Positions 1 through 13,100 of a DNA stretch of 64,000 nt are shown in pieces. Position numbers and translations under genes: made by a program. Below the pieces are notes generated by a model that was not told the DNA's origin, searched no databases, and worked only from the letters and a program-made list of their open reading frames with translations. The stretch is from assembly GCA_040954595.2 (NCBI GenBank), contig CM082577.2, forward strand, positions 18,512,303 to 18,576,302, given 5' to 3'. The stretch is from Balanoglossus misakiensis (Eukaryota > Animalia > Hemichordata). Each line of letters opens with the position of its first letter. Positions within the stretch are counted from its first letter, which is position 1.

Positions 1-1919
1 GGGCGCTTGTGCCCCCAAAAATTCCAACAATACCAATAGGGGCACAAGCCTATCGGGCAAAAACATTTTGGAAAATTGTCTGATCGAGAACTTTGCACAA
101 ATTTATCTCTTACTAATTTAAAATGAAAGTTTTCCAAATGGGTGACTCTCTGATATATATTAACGAGAAGTCCGTGGGTATTTTATCAAAAAATGGGAGA
201 AATATTGAGAAAAACTGACAAAATTGCACAAAAAACCACGTGGCTGGCGAGGGCGCTTTCGCGATATTTCCGACAACCTGGATTCATGATACACGCATTA
301 TCTAACATATAGGGGGACACGATGACGTAGGCCTAAATTTTATGATCGATCGAGCCATTTTGGTTAGTATTTTCATTTATTCACTGAGAACCCACGTATG
401 GATATTAAACAGATCACAAGTAAAGACTGTGAATAAATACAGTAGGCATGCTTTAGAATCCTACTAGCATTTATTGGAAGGATCAATAATGTACACTTGC
501 AAAGAACGGACGGTCTTAACGAAGATCTCGTTTAAAACGTCGTTGTCTTACACGACCGTACGCGTCTTGTACCCACTCTGCTGAGTGTTTGTAAATTGTA
601 CACGACACTCATAAATAGTTGAATATGAATATGAATATGAAAGTGAGTTCTCAACTTTTAATGGAGCTCTCCCATAATGTGGGGCGGTAGCCTTGAAAAA
701 TAATAAAGTATTCTTGTTACATGCGGCTAGTCTGACAGTTCAGCATGGCTGATGTAGGCTGTGTACGAGCGCTTTTTCTTCCTCTTTAGGCGGTGCTTAG
801 GCCTGGAAGTAGACTTGCTCCAAGTCTATGGACTTCATTATGTGTAGGGAACGCGTAGGCTTGGTCGACGCTTCCCGAAACCACAAGCTCAGTCCCAAAT
901 TCGAAACTCACCTCACTAACAAAAACACGCTCAAGGCAAGGATGCACGCAAAAGTATTGCAATTATTTATCAAGTACTGCAATTAAGTATTGCAATTATT
1001 TATTAAGTACATATTGAGATTTAAAAATCACCAAGCGACTAGTGGGCTAGTCTAGCCTGGAAGTAAAATCTGAACTCTCCATAGGCCCCATGTTTCAAAC
1101 AATTTGCTCGGTCCAATCTGTTGATGTCGAAATAGAAACACTATTCTTAAAACAAATTTTCTTAACGTGTTTCACTAAAGGGCCAAACGCTAAAAACGTT
1201 TTCTTAAAACGGGAACGATGGCGGATTTTGTTTCTTTGTAACGAGAGTGATGGAAAACTTCGATGGTTTGTTTTATCTGGCCGATTCTCAGAAAACACGT
1301 CACCACAAGAGGGCGCACTATGAAGGCTACTCTGGAAAGCAGGGAAAGAATGAAAATCTCCCAAAATTGTCCGCTCACTTGAATACAACGTAAGCAGTAA
1401 ATACAAAACCCATCACCGTTTTGTTTTAAAGCAGTGGTGTGGTTACGCATGTACGTACATTAAATGACAATGGTGGTGGCAAGGAAAAATTGACAAAATA
1501 AGTCATAAGAAGGCATATCATTGATGTCAGTGTATTCATGCATTGTTGTATGCCAGCCAGCAGTGACATGGTAAATAATTTGAACAATAAAAAATAACCT
1601 TACGAGAGCACTACGCAGTCTTGGGAGGCTGTTTCTGATTGGTTAGATTTTTGACAGCTCAATCTGCATGCTATCAACAACTGCTTTCAGTTTGTTTCAC
1701 CTGTTGTTATATCCTTAACACCTCCTTACAATGTCATTTACATATGCCTGTCATTTTCATTTAGCATATTGCTCACAGTATTTGCATAACAATAAAACTC
1801 TTGCCGCTGACGTTCAGTTCGTTTATCGTTCTCATTACCCTACACACGCTCCTATTCTCTCTCTCCGCCATTTATATATTCGCTAGCCCTAGATAGATTT
1901 TTTTCTCAATGTTTTTTCT

Positions 1920-2180
1920 TAGTTTAGGTTAATTTATTATATTACTTAGTTTAGATTATTAGTTATAGTTAGGAATAGTATTAGGTTTTGTTAGTATTTA
2001 GTTATTTTATTAGTTTCTGGTAGTATTTAGTTATAGTATAGTATTTAGTTATAGTATCACTATTAGTTTTTGTTAGTAATTATTTATAGTGTTAGTTCTT
2101 GTTTGTATTCAGTTACGGTGTTAGTTCTTGTTAGTATTTAGTTAGAGTGTTAGTTGTTGTTGGTGTTTAGTTTAGCATTA
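1920..2180. repeat. Low-complexity TTAG/TTAGT-rich tract (mirror copy ~39210-39470)
   Basis: Degenerate ttagt/ttagta repeats seen directly. Confidence 0.8.
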
Positions 2181-2841
2181 GTTTTCCTCGCCTTTGTAGA
2201 CCCTGTGCCGAAGGATTGAGGTAAATATTTATTATAACTGATTTTTTGTTCTGTTTGCGTGCAACTTTCCTTAGGTTGCTGCGCCATTGTTCCGGCCTGT
2301 ATCATGTGTTTTCGTTCGCGTTATAGGGCCAACATCCGTCTTATACCAAGAGCAACAATAAGCAAGAAAGTTGTATAGAAAGAATGACAGTGATTTTTTA
2401 GCGACAATTTGCTATGTTTTCTGCTTGAGTTAGGCCTAGGCGGACGTGTTGGAATAATGGCAACTGGGCGTCTTCGAAATTGAGTGCAGCGAGACTGGGC
2501 CAAAACTAAAAAAAAACGGGTCAAACCAAAGCACAACACGGTACAAAGCAGAAAGTCGGACCAATTGACATCATAAGATTGTAAAGTTTTTTACCCTAAA
2601 AGGACCACCTCTATAATTGATTAACTCTGGTGTCGACAGTAGAACTAGGGCCTAGTTATATGGCCTAGACATTAACGTCGAATGCAATCGAAAGTCAACA
2701 AAGTATTGAGCTACACCGTTACCCCTTGAATAGATCCACGTGGACTGCAGTTAATTTGCCACATTTTTAGACAAATGAGCGAAATTCACTTTTCAGCTAA
2801 CCATGTTTGAAATATTTATGCACTCGCTCAGCATTAGGCTA

Positions 2842-3130
2842 TTGAACACCTATTGCCTGGCTATGAGGGCAATAGCAGCCGTTAATTACACCCGAGGGGC
2901 TGTGAGTTACTAGAATCACATGCTATTTCCCGAGGCCGTAGGCCAAGGGTAATAGCATATGATTCTGGTAACATATAAAACTGATAGCATATGAACCTGG
3001 TAACTCACAGCCACGAGGGGGTAAAATGGCTGCTATGGCCCGAATATAGGCCAGGCTATAGGTGTTTAATAATAAACTTCAAGCTAACAGTGGGGAAAAT
3101 CTTGCAATTTTCTCTTGAGGTTGGCAGATG
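2842..3130 (-). mobile_element. Truncated hairpin-ended non-autonomous element (Crypton-V-like); mirror copy ~38265-38545
   Basis: Same family as 9715-10129 and 21579-22028, with the gaacacctattgcctgg...ccaggctataggtgttt hairpin. It truncates the 3' end of the DUF6589-like gene. Confidence 0.75.
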
Positions 3131-5600
3131 GACTATGAAATTTACTGATCTTGTTGTAATTTTAAATGATCTTCTCAGTTGTATCCAAACTACGAGATAC
3201 ACGGTCAAGGTTTCGTTGAGTTATCTCCCCCCTGTAACTATTGACATCATTCTTGAAAGCTTTGTTGTCATGTTCAACATCAAGATCCATGTGATGATTG
3301 GTATTCATAAGCCCTTTATGATTAACAAATCGATTCCAAGTTAATTGATAGGCTTTCCTCGGACTTAGCAAGCACATCGTCTGTGCAAGTAGTTCTAAAG
3401 TTGCATATGCATATTTAGGACACCCAGACACCTTGTAGAACAGGTTAAAATATTTATACAGGCGGATCACTCTGGCCCCATCTCCCATATGAATAGCATC
3501 ATCATGGTTTTTGTGAAGAAGACATAACAACAGAGAAGTGTGAGTGAAGTTTAGAATCTGATCCTGTGCGTCACAGATAACTGGCGCATCTGCACCACTT
3601 TCCTGGTGATTTTGCTCATGCCTCTTCAAGACAGCAGGCTGCGGAAATTCTTCGGCACAGTAACGCCATCGGTTTGTCACTACAGGCAACTCTGGAACCT
3701 TAGTTGTGACATATTTGTCCACAAACTTTCGGGCTTCACTCAGAATGTAGTCTTTTGCATCACTTTCTGAGTCCAGGTTACCTAAAAAGAACAATACAAA
3801 AAAAATACAAAAAACATATCTATAGTCAGTTTGTCTGTGAAATCTGTCATTGGGGTCTGCAGATTGTTAGATTTATCTTGGAGGAATGAGGTGTTCAGAT
3901 AAATCAAGTCAAAAAAGAATGCAGCGACGCCTATATTTTATTTGACCAAATGAATTTATATTTACTGGACTGAGCTTTATGTTTTCCAAACAGCCAAGAC
4001 TCAGCAAAGCTAAAGACGGTGCCCAACGCTACATCTGATTTTAATCAGACTGAGGTTAAAGTAAACAAACTCATATACATATCTGAAATCTAGATGACAA
4101 AACATTACCTTCAAATTAATTTCTTGTTGGTTCTGAATGAACGTCTTCCATTCCAAAATGATGCAATGCCCCTGATACAGATTAATCTAACTGACAGCTG
4201 ATAAATGCCCCATCTCAGTGTCACACTAGTCTGGTATCCAGACCCCTCTGTGTGTGAGTCTGTCTAAAGCACTGTGGGGTGTGGATACCAGACTGGTGTC
4301 ACACATAAATGTTGTTGTGGTTTAGTTAAAGACTGAACTGAAATATAAGGAATACATGAGAAATGTGCAAGATATTTTGAGGTTGACAAATTTTGGGTAG
4401 TTGTAACCCATGTTCTACCCATGCTTTTGAGTGTTATACATACATGCACACATGTAAATACATTTTGCCATCCTGCTTGAACATGAAAATCTTCAATCTT
4501 TGAATTAATCCCTCAAGCCTTTTGCTTGGTGTATGGCCATCTACTTTTGCTGACTGGGCCTCTTTGTGTCTCTCAAATGTCAAGTAGTCTCCTCCACTGA
4601 GTATCTTGACAGGTGCTGTTGTACTGTCTGCAGATTCGGTGTGTTTTGGTACATACTTGTGAAGACACTGCACAATATCTATCATATCCCCATACTGCTC
4701 ATTTTTTCTGAAGGACTCCAAGGTGCATCTGCATTAAAAAATATGCTGGAATATGAATATGTAAATTTTATCTAAGAAAATTTGAGCAAGATCCTTAAAG
4801 TGGATTGAATTACAAAAGATGTACTACCCCCCCCCCCCCCCCCTGGCTTTCAAGATCACTAATGTAATTATTAGTAGGTCATTCTCTCATGCTGTTTTAG
4901 ATCATTTATTTGTCTGGAAAAATTACCTTTTTTGTTTTCTTCTTTGTACAATTCATATTTTCGTGCATGATATTTTTCTCAACTTTGTCAGAGAATACGC
5001 CAAGTGCAGGGATGTGTCTGCCCCATATCCATACAACAATAATTGCCAACTCATTAGCAAGTATTTCATTGTCGTTGACATTAGGGAGAAACTTCATCAG
5101 TTCCATTTTGGAGATATCCCCTTGTGGTTTCTCATCAGACAGATGGTTCCCCGACACAAGATTCTTATATGCGACCATGTTGAAAAAGTGGTAGTCCTTG
5201 TTGTGATTGGACTGTGTCATCTGCCTCACTTTCATCCGTAGATCCATATTATCACCTGTAAAGGAGTAACCAGGATGCAGAGTATCTCTGCACACCTTGA
5301 GTTCTTCTTTTATCTGTGCGATTCGCAAAGTTGTGTCTGGTACCAGCCTTTTATCTAACAATAGTGACAAAAATAGCTTCGTTTCTCTCTCATAACCTTC
5401 TTCTATTTCCCTTTTCCAGGAAAGAAAAGGCTGGTCAAAACCATGGCCAAAATGTTCAGTCATGGCATTAGCACAGTCATAACTCATTACCATTGACTGT
5501 CCAGCCAGACGATCGATACAGACTCTCTTAGCACCACCTTTCTTCATAGTAATGGTGTTTAGTCGTTTGATTACAAGACAGCTTTCAACTTCATTTACAA
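3131..5600 (-). pseudogene. Multi-exon DUF6589-like (probable AcademH-type) transposase fragment
   Basis: ORFs 4906-5547, 4434-4721 and 3162-3794 are separated by GT-AG introns. Motifs: TGDNMD, GGDYLTFER..AQ..RLEGL, DAIHMGDGARVIRLYKY..KYAY..LSPRKAYQLTWNRFVN..MDLDVEHDN. Both ends are truncated. The link to AcademH comes from memory of the family and is not verified. Confidence 0.65.
4227..4295. mobile_element. 69-bp micro-MITE with TAGTCTGG TIR and 9-bp TSD (AcademH-like)
   Basis: GTGTCACAC|tagtctggtatccagaccc...gggtgtggataccagactg|GTGTCACAC. Confidence 0.8.
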
Positions 5601-5703
5601 AAGAAGTGCACGGGCCCGGAAGCTGATTTGGAACCTAGTCTGTAACAAGGTTTGTTATAAATTACTAGAATTATAAGTGTGTGTGCAGATGTTAAATTTG
5701 TAA

Positions 5704-5919
5704 ATGTTAGATCAAAAGTTGCTGACACCAGCCAAACATGTAAATATTCTGTCTGTCTGTCTGTCTGCTTCTATGTATGTATGTTTAGATCAAAAGTTGC
5801 TGACACCAGCCAAACATGTAAATATTCTGTCTGTCTGTCTGTCTGCTTCTATGTATGTATGTATGTATGTATGTATGTATGTATGTATGTATGTATGTAT
5901 GTATGTATGTATGTATGTA
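5704..5919 (+). repeat. 80-bp tandem duplication plus (TCTG)n/(TATG)n microsatellite
   Basis: The unit ttagatcaaaagttgctgacaccagcc... occurs twice, followed by a long TATG run. Confidence 0.9.
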
Positions 5920-7075
5920 CCTGCAGCCCCGCCCTCTCCCCGCAAAAACAAAAATCGTCCAGGGGAGATGGAGGGGCTGCAAAACTGCAGCAACCAAGGG
6001 CAGTGGATCCGCACACGCACTACAACAGACAGGCGCGGCACCCCCGCAGTATGGTGGCCGATCAACATCATCCAATATCACCCTGGACAGCTCATCACAA
6101 AAGAAATTGGACGCAGTGCGTATACCATCTGCATTGAATTATAAAGGTACGGAGCACTGGAAATCTTTCCTAATGCGATTTAACATCTTCGCAGAGGACA
6201 GAGAGTGGACAACCGAGGAAAGAAGGGGGTTAGCCTAATTCAAGATTCACGTTTCAAGATTCATGTTTAAAGTTTCATGTTTCACTTCCAACACTAAACT
6301 TATAAACCTCAGAATGCAATGTAGACGGTGAAAGGACGTGACAAGACTCAAATCTGAATCAGAATATAAGTTTAGTGTTGGAAGTGAATCGTGAATCCAA
6401 GTTCACCGCTGAATCTTGGGCCGTGGAACGTGAAACTTGAAACGTGAATCTTGAAACTTGAAACGTGAATCTTGAATTAGCCCAACCCGAAAGAAGGAGG
6501 CAGCTGTGTCTGTGCCTAAATGGAGATGCCGGGATCTTCCTTACCGAATTAATAGAGCGAGACAAAGACATCACCTATTCAGATCTCTTGAATAAATTAG
6601 ATGCAAGATTCCGGTGTCAAGTATTGGCACAAACGGCGGGCCTCCGTTTCCCCCGGACAAAACCAGGATCCGGACGAATTAGAACGCTTGCGGCACGTGC
6701 GCACGTGGGCCTACCGACGGCGTACATAGAACAACAAGCAATTCGACAATTTTGTCTAGATAATATTGATAGAAAGGCAGGCCAGTACGCACCCCTCAGT
6801 GCCCTGACGAGCATGAAGGAGGCCATGAACAAAGGCAAAGTTCACAAATATACTCGCGTAGCCATGGACATACCAAAGGGGAGGGTGAGACGGGTTGGCC
6901 CGGATATGGATTCAGATTCAGACTCTGAATATGAGGTGAAAGTGCGGGCGAGCACCACATCGATCCCCATCCCACAACAATAATAAAGAAACGACTGTCA
7001 CATTTAGAGGAATTTTTGTCCACACTCACATCTAACCTGGACAACATGTTGTCAGAGAGAGATCTAAGTGGAGTT
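5920..7075 (+). pseudogene. Degenerate Gypsy-type gag fragment (partial mirror copy in the right arm)
   Basis: NYKGTEHWKSFLMRFNIFAEDREWTTEERR|RQLCLCLNGDAG..YSDLLNKLDARF..QQAIRQF is a capsid-like pattern once the MITE is removed. Confidence 0.7.
6227..6488. mobile_element. MULE-like MITE with 9-bp TSD
   Basis: GAAAGAAGG|gggttagcctaattcaagattcacgtttcaag...cttgaaacgtgaatcttgaattagcccaaccc|GAAAGAAGG. The right-arm copy (7486-15630) is split by the BEL element. Confidence 0.85.
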
Positions 7076-7704
7076 AATCTCTTTCCTGTTCTTTCACTTG
7101 GTTACACCATGTATTTTTTAAAGATTCAAATGTGTCATTTACACTGATTATCTTATAGTTGAATGTATTCAGCCATATTTTTGGGTGTGGCACCCGTTTA
7201 TTATTAGTCTTACAAAAACCTCCCAATGAATGAATAATTATATTATATGTATGCCGTCGGTAGGCCCACGTGCGCACGTGCCGCGAGCGTTCTAATTCGT
7301 CCGGATCCTGGTTTTGTCCGGGGGAAACGGAGGCCCGCCGTTTGTGCCAATACTTGACACCCGAATCTTGCATCTAATTTAATCAAGAGATCTGAATAGG
7401 TGATGTCTTTGTCTCGTTCTATTAATTCGGTAAGGAAGATCCCGGCATCTCCATTTAGGCACAGACACAGCTGCCTCCTTCTTTCGGGTTGGGCTAATTC
7501 AAGATTCACGTTTCAAGATTCACGTTTCAAGTTTCACGTTCCACGGCCCAAGATTCAGCGGTGAACTTGGATTCACGATTCACTTCCAACACTAAACTTA
7601 TATTCTGATTCAGATTCGAGTCTTGTCACGTCCTTTCGCCGTCTACATTGCATTCTGAGGTTTATGAGTTTAGTGTTGGAAGTGAAACGTGAAACTTTAA
7701 ACAT

Positions 7705-8091
7705 TGTAGTAACCTCGATGTGCCGTCTGAAATGGCGCCCTAATTCACATCAAAGGTCACAGGGTTCTATAGAATTTGCCGTTAACTAACTGGAGCTCAC
7801 CATCGCCGACGAACATTCCTTGTCAGATGTCACAGAAAACGCTGATCACAACTTTACACGAACATTTAATGACTGAACATACAACACTGGCACTGGATGA
7901 TGCGTCGCGGTGGTTGAAGTTTCCGTAGAAAACTGGCAAAAATCCCCAGGCTAACTGTGCAAATGTCCTCACATGTGCGCCATGGAATTTTCCAGATATT
8001 TTCTAAACAAAAGCGCATGCGCTAATGTCCTCACAGCGCGAGGGCGCTAGACTAAATATTTCAGTTTCTCTAAGAACTGGGCGTCCTTACA
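7705..8091 (-). repeat. BEL-1 3' LTR
   Basis: Near-identical to 15203-15589; I spotted two substitutions by eye. Confidence 0.95.
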
Positions 8092-8457
8092 CCAGCCCCC
8101 AAATTGTTCATGAAAAAACATTAACAATTTCCATCCTAGCAAATTCAAAACGCCAACATCCATATGTGCCGAAATTACATAACAAATAGAAATTACAAAA
8201 CAATATCCATAAATCGAAACGCGAAGTCGAAAAAGTTTTTCAGGAAACGCGAATACAAGAATCCTTTTCTTCATGAATGCGATGATACATCCTAGACCAT
8301 GCCCAGACCTCGTCCGGTCAATCATGCTGCCAAGCATGATATCCAACACATCTGTACTTCAAAGATGAGATCAAACGATGGACGTAGTGGATTGACTGGC
8401 CACTACTTGAGATCGTTGTTATTACAGCTGCTGGTAACTGCAACCACACCAATACCA

Positions 8458-9714
8458 CTAAGTCTGTGCTTCCAACAATGTGCACAACTTATCATATGGT
8501 CTTTCTAAAACATTGGATCTGGTCTTCACCAATACCCGTCGCACCACCCCTTTCCGATCAGGCATAACTTTGACGATTACACCCAAAGGCCAAGCATTTC
8601 TGGAGGTGTTCTCATCCTTCACCAATACCACGTCCCCAACGTGTAAGTTTTTCTTGACTTTCAACCATTTTTGCCTTTCTTGCAGGGAAGGTAAGTATTC
8701 CTTCGTCCATCTTTTCCAGAACAAATCTGACAGATACTGCACTTGCTTCCATCTATGTACAGCATACAAGTCGTTCTTCTCCGTCACACCAGGGGGTGTT
8801 GCTGCTCCCTTCATAGTAAGCAACATACTGGGTGTCAATGCTTTTAAGTCTCTAGCGTCGTCCGACGATACTGTAATCGGGCGGCTATTAATAGTATGCT
8901 CCACTTCACACAGGAAAGTCTGTAGACTATCACACAGGAAAGTCTGTAGACTATCATCTGTCAGCTGTTGCTGCCTAACTATGACGTTCAGCAACTGTCT
9001 GATAGTGCGAATTTGTCTTTCCCATACTCCACCAAAATGGGATCCATAGGGCGGGTTAAACTTCCATTCTATGCCTTCTCTCAGTAGGTTTTCCCTGATC
9101 TTTGCCTGGTTCCATTTCTCGAGCTCTTCCTTCAACACTCTATTCGCTCCTACAAAATTGGTACCATTATCAGATCTCATGGACTTCACTGGTCCCCTCC
9201 TGGATATAAATCTCCTCAACGCATTTATGAAAGAACCCGTACTAAGTGATTCCGCCATCTCTATGTGAACAGCGCGTATGGCTAAGCAAGTAAATATCAC
9301 GCCATATCGCTTTACTGTACTCCTTTTCATCTTTACTTCGATAGGACCAAAGTAATCAACGCCAACATTGGTAAATGGTGGTTCATTCGACTGCAAACGA
9401 TCAGCAGGCAAGTCTGCCATCTTCTGTTCACACAGTCTGGCTCGCTGACGTCTACAAGTTACACATTTACTGACCATACTTCTAGCTGCCGAGTTCGCGC
9501 CTGGGATCCAATATTTCTCGTGTAACTTTGACAGGATGTAGGCTCGTCCAAAGTGTTGCCCTCGTTCATGTATTTCACGCAACAGCAACTCTGTAACATG
9601 CGAACGCTTTGGTAAAATCGTGGGGAGCTTTGCTTCTTCTGCTACCGCGGACAAACTGAGACATCCTCCTACACGTAACAAACCATCTGCCCCCATGACA
9701 GGGTCCAGCCTATA
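8458..9714 (-). CDS. BEL-1 pol C-terminus: integrase (zinc-binding plus DDE) and DUF5641-like tail
   Basis: H..H..C..C zinc motif, GVDYFGP, SDNGTNF, HFGGVWERQIR, FWKRWTKEYL. Separated from upstream pol by a MITE. Confidence 0.93.
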   Translation of the reverse strand, partial: YRLDPVMGADGLLRVGGCLSLSAVAEEAKLPTILPKRSHVTELLLREIHERGQHFGRAYILSKLHEKYWIPGANSAARSMVSKCVTCRRQRARLCEQKMADLPADRLQSNEPPFTNVGVDYFGPIEVKMKRSTVKRYGVIFTCLAIRAVHIEMAESLSTGSFINALRRFISRRGPVKSMRSDNGTNFVGANRVLKEELEKWNQAKIRENLLREGIEWKFNPPYGSHFGGVWERQIRTIRQLLNVIVRQQQLTDDSLQTFLCDSLQTFLCEVEHTINSRPITVSSDDARDLKALTPSMLLTMKGAATPPGVTEKNDLYAVHRWKQVQYLSDLFWKRWTKEYLPSLQERQKWLKVKKNLHVGDVVLVKDENTSRNAWPLGVIVKVMPDRKGVVRRVLVKTRSNVLERPYDKLCTLLEAQT

Positions 9715-10129
9715 GTGAACACCTATTGCCTGGCCATGAGGGCCATAGCGGCCGTTTATTACACCCGAGGGGCTGTGAGTTACCGAGGGAAATAGCATGA
9801 TTCTGGTAACTCACAGTCACGAGGGGGTAAAAACGGCTGCTATGGCCCGAATATAGGCCAGGCTATAGGTGTTTTATAATAAACCTCATGCTAACAGCTG
9901 GGAAAATCTTGCAATTTTCTCTTGAGGTTGGCAGACGACATCTTCCGCAGTGGCCATTGTGTCAGACGACGCGACGCTGATTGACGTGACCGAGTCTGCG
10001 CACTCACGCTGGTCACGTGACCGGTTTATATTTTTTCTGCTATTTCCCTAGCGGTTCATAGTCGATTCTATTTTCCTATCACGTGACGGATTCTGGCGAA
10101 TCACGCCACAGTATTAGCATGAGGTATAT
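9715..10129 (-). mobile_element. Hairpin-ended non-autonomous element (Crypton-V-like) inserted in BEL-1 pol
   Basis: Flanked by TATA on both sides; removing it restores ...NSNIY-RLDPVM... in frame. It has a long terminal hairpin and no TIR pair. Confidence 0.85.
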
Positions 10130-13100
10130 TATAAATGTTACTATTTCTTCGTGTCTTCTTATCAGTATAGTCATCCACTGACAAACTGTCAACGTCTCTG
10201 GGAAACGCTTGGCGTTGTACAAACTTGACGATTGCAGTCTCTGCCGCATTCATGTCTTCCACTGTAATTTCATGCGGTCCATCTGTACGACGACTTTTGT
10301 TCTTGGCACATCTCAACAATGTGTCACCCACTTTACGTATCCAGGCCACTGCTTTCTTCAGTTTATACCAACTGGAGTAGTGGTCTATCAATTTCTGAAC
10401 CGTCTCCTCCGCATTAACGGACTTGGATCGATCCGCCCCTTTGTCAGGTGTCTGTCGTTCTCCCGAAACAACAGGTACTGTTCCCAACACAACGGGTACA
10501 GTTTCTTCTTCCGACCTCAAGGATATTCTATGCACGAGTGCAGATTTCTTCACCTCTGGATCTTCTGGATCTAGCTGTGTATTATAGCTATCACTTGGCC
10601 ATTTGTCTTGTGTCTTCCGCAAGAAATCAGGACCACCTATCCATCTTTCGTTCTTCAGAAAAGCATCTATTTTCTGACCTCTAGAGCACTCATCTGCCGG
10701 GTTGTCACTGGTATTAATGTAGCGCCAGTTCGCTGGGTCTGATCCTCCTCGAATCACTGCTAGTCTATTCGCCACGAAGGTATGAAATCTTGTGGTTTCG
10801 TTGTTTATGTACCGCAGCACGGTTTTGCTATCCGTCCAAAACACGGATTCATTGATTGGCAAATCCATCTCCTTTCTGAGAAGTTTGTCAAGCCTCACTG
10901 CTACAGTAGCTGCAGTTAATTCCATTCGTGGGATCGATATTTGCTTCAATGGAGCCACTCTTGCTTTGGCCATCATCAAAGTGCTGTGGATGTTTCGGCT
11001 TTTGTCGATCAACCTAAGATACGATACAGCGCCATAACCATTTTCGCTGGCATCAGCAAAGTGATGTAGCTGAGCTGTGTCTACTTCACCAAAATGCTCG
11101 GGCTTTATACATCTGGGTACTGCGAAACACTCTTCTAATTTTGGTAGATCACTCAACCAATTCTCCCACACTTTGCGTTGTTTTCCAGGAATATCATCAT
11201 CCCAGCCTAGTTTTGCTTTACAGAACTGCTGCAAAAGCATCTTGGGTGGCAGAAGCGCTGGTGCTGCCATGCCCAGTGGGTCGTATAATGAACTAACCAC
11301 TCCCAGAATTCCTCGTCTGGTCGCTGGTTTCTCTTTAGTACGATTTCTGAATCCGAATTCATCAGATTCCACGTTCCATTGCATACCGAGTGCATGCTCC
11401 GTGGGCAAGTCATCTTGCTCCAAGTCTAAGTTCTTCACCTCTGTCGCCCTTTGTTCTTCAGGTATTGCTTCCAAAACTGGACGCGTATTGCTGATCCACT
11501 TTGTGAGCTTGAAACCTGATTTCTTACAGGTGTCTGTCAACCCTTCAGCCAAAGTCTTTCCTTCCATCACTGTTGATGCTGCCTTCAACATGTCATCAAC
11601 GTAGAAGTTTCTAGATATGGTGTTCTTGACACTCAGATCAGAAGTATTGTCTGAAGCTTTCTTCAACGCGAAGTTTGCACAACTGGGTGACGATGTAGCC
11701 CCGAAAATGTGCACTGTCATTCGGTACTCGACAAGAGGTTCCTCTACATTACCATTAGGCCACCACAGAAAACGCTGGAAATCTCGGTTTTCTTGCGACA
11801 CGCCAACTTGAGAGAACATAGCCTCTATATCTGACATCAGTGCTATCCGCTCTTCACGAAAACGTATAAGCACTCCTACAAGTGAACTGGTCAGATCCGG
11901 TCCTTGCATCAGCTCCTTGTTCAAAGAAGTTCCCTTGTATTCTGCACCACAGTCGAAGACTACCCGGATTTTCTGTTTCTGTGGATGATATACTCCATGA
12001 TGGGGAAGATACCACTTCTTTCCAGGATTGCCTTCCATTTCTTCCTGTGGCACCCTTTCAGCATAGCCTTTGTCTATAATACTCTCCATGAAGGTAGTAT
12101 ATTCTTGACGATAGTCATCGTTGTTTCTAAATTTCTTTCCCAACTGAGAAAGCCGATATTCTACTGCCACTTTGTTGTTTGGCATCGTAACACCGTCATC
12201 ACGAAACGGTAATGGCACCTGATAATGCCCATCAACAAACTGCGTTTGTTCGTTCGCAATCTTCATGAACTTTCTATCTTCAATCGAATCTTCGGGTTTG
12301 TCATCTATGATGCGCTCGCTGAACTCGTGATTGAAGAGGTTGATTAACTGCTGATCAATCGCCGGTCCAACTTGTATTCTACAGACTGTTGCGGCAGTTT
12401 CATTTTCTGACACGCCAGCCCCCGTAAGGAAACCATTTACGAACCAGCCTAAACGGGTACGTACAGCAAATGGTCCATCTCCATTACTGTTTATCACTTC
12501 CCATGGTTCAAACGCTTCAGGAACGTTACCACCGATGAGTAGGCCTATTTCCGCATCTATCTCAGGCAGGCGTACCTTACGCAAATAAGGATACTTGCCA
12601 ATGTCATCTTGCGTAACGATGAGATCTTTCGAAGCAGGAATTTTCTCTTGCGTATATGTAGCTGGAAGTTTGATGATGTAATGCTCATCAAGATCTGAAA
12701 CTTCTAGACCCTTGATAACACGACTATCAGCTGATTTACTTCCAGTGATGGTGTTCAGCATAATCTTTGTTTTCTTGCCACCGACGTTCAGTTGTCGACG
12801 AAGTGTTTCCGTACAGAATACTGTGTCACTGCCGTTGTCAATAAAGGCGTACGTTTGTACACTAAGACCACTCGATCTACATTTGACCTTGACGGGAATA
12901 ATCACGGGTTTATATGCACACTCTCCATTCCCCGCAGATCTACATGATGCGTCAATCATCTCCACATTCGTTAACACGGGTTTTCCCGACTGGTCTTTGG
13001 TTTTGTTGAAGTGCAACACGGTCGGATGCATCTTGCCACATTTTCCACAAGTCAGCTTGCTTGTACAGTATTTAACCATATGTTTTCCATTTTTCAGGCA

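Larger units (their letters stand above)
981..6727. repeat. Left arm of a large inverted duplication (palindrome)
   Basis: Reverse-complement matches: 981-3335 with 38056-40417, 3335-3910 with 35470-36061, 4353-5585 with 16028-17228, 5800-6265 with 15590-16025, and 6265-6727 with 7247-7704. Mirror ORF pairs include 1095-1406/39992-40207, 4434-4721/16861-17148 and 6465+/7243-7509. Confidence 0.95.

Noticed and set aside
1920-2180. Interstitial telomeric repeat
   Set aside because: It is TTAGT-type low complexity with no TTAGGG or TTAGG array.
5679-6238. ORFs with MYVC/IHTY repeats (also 15619-16059 and 26261-26467)
   Set aside because: They are translations of (TATG)n microsatellites.
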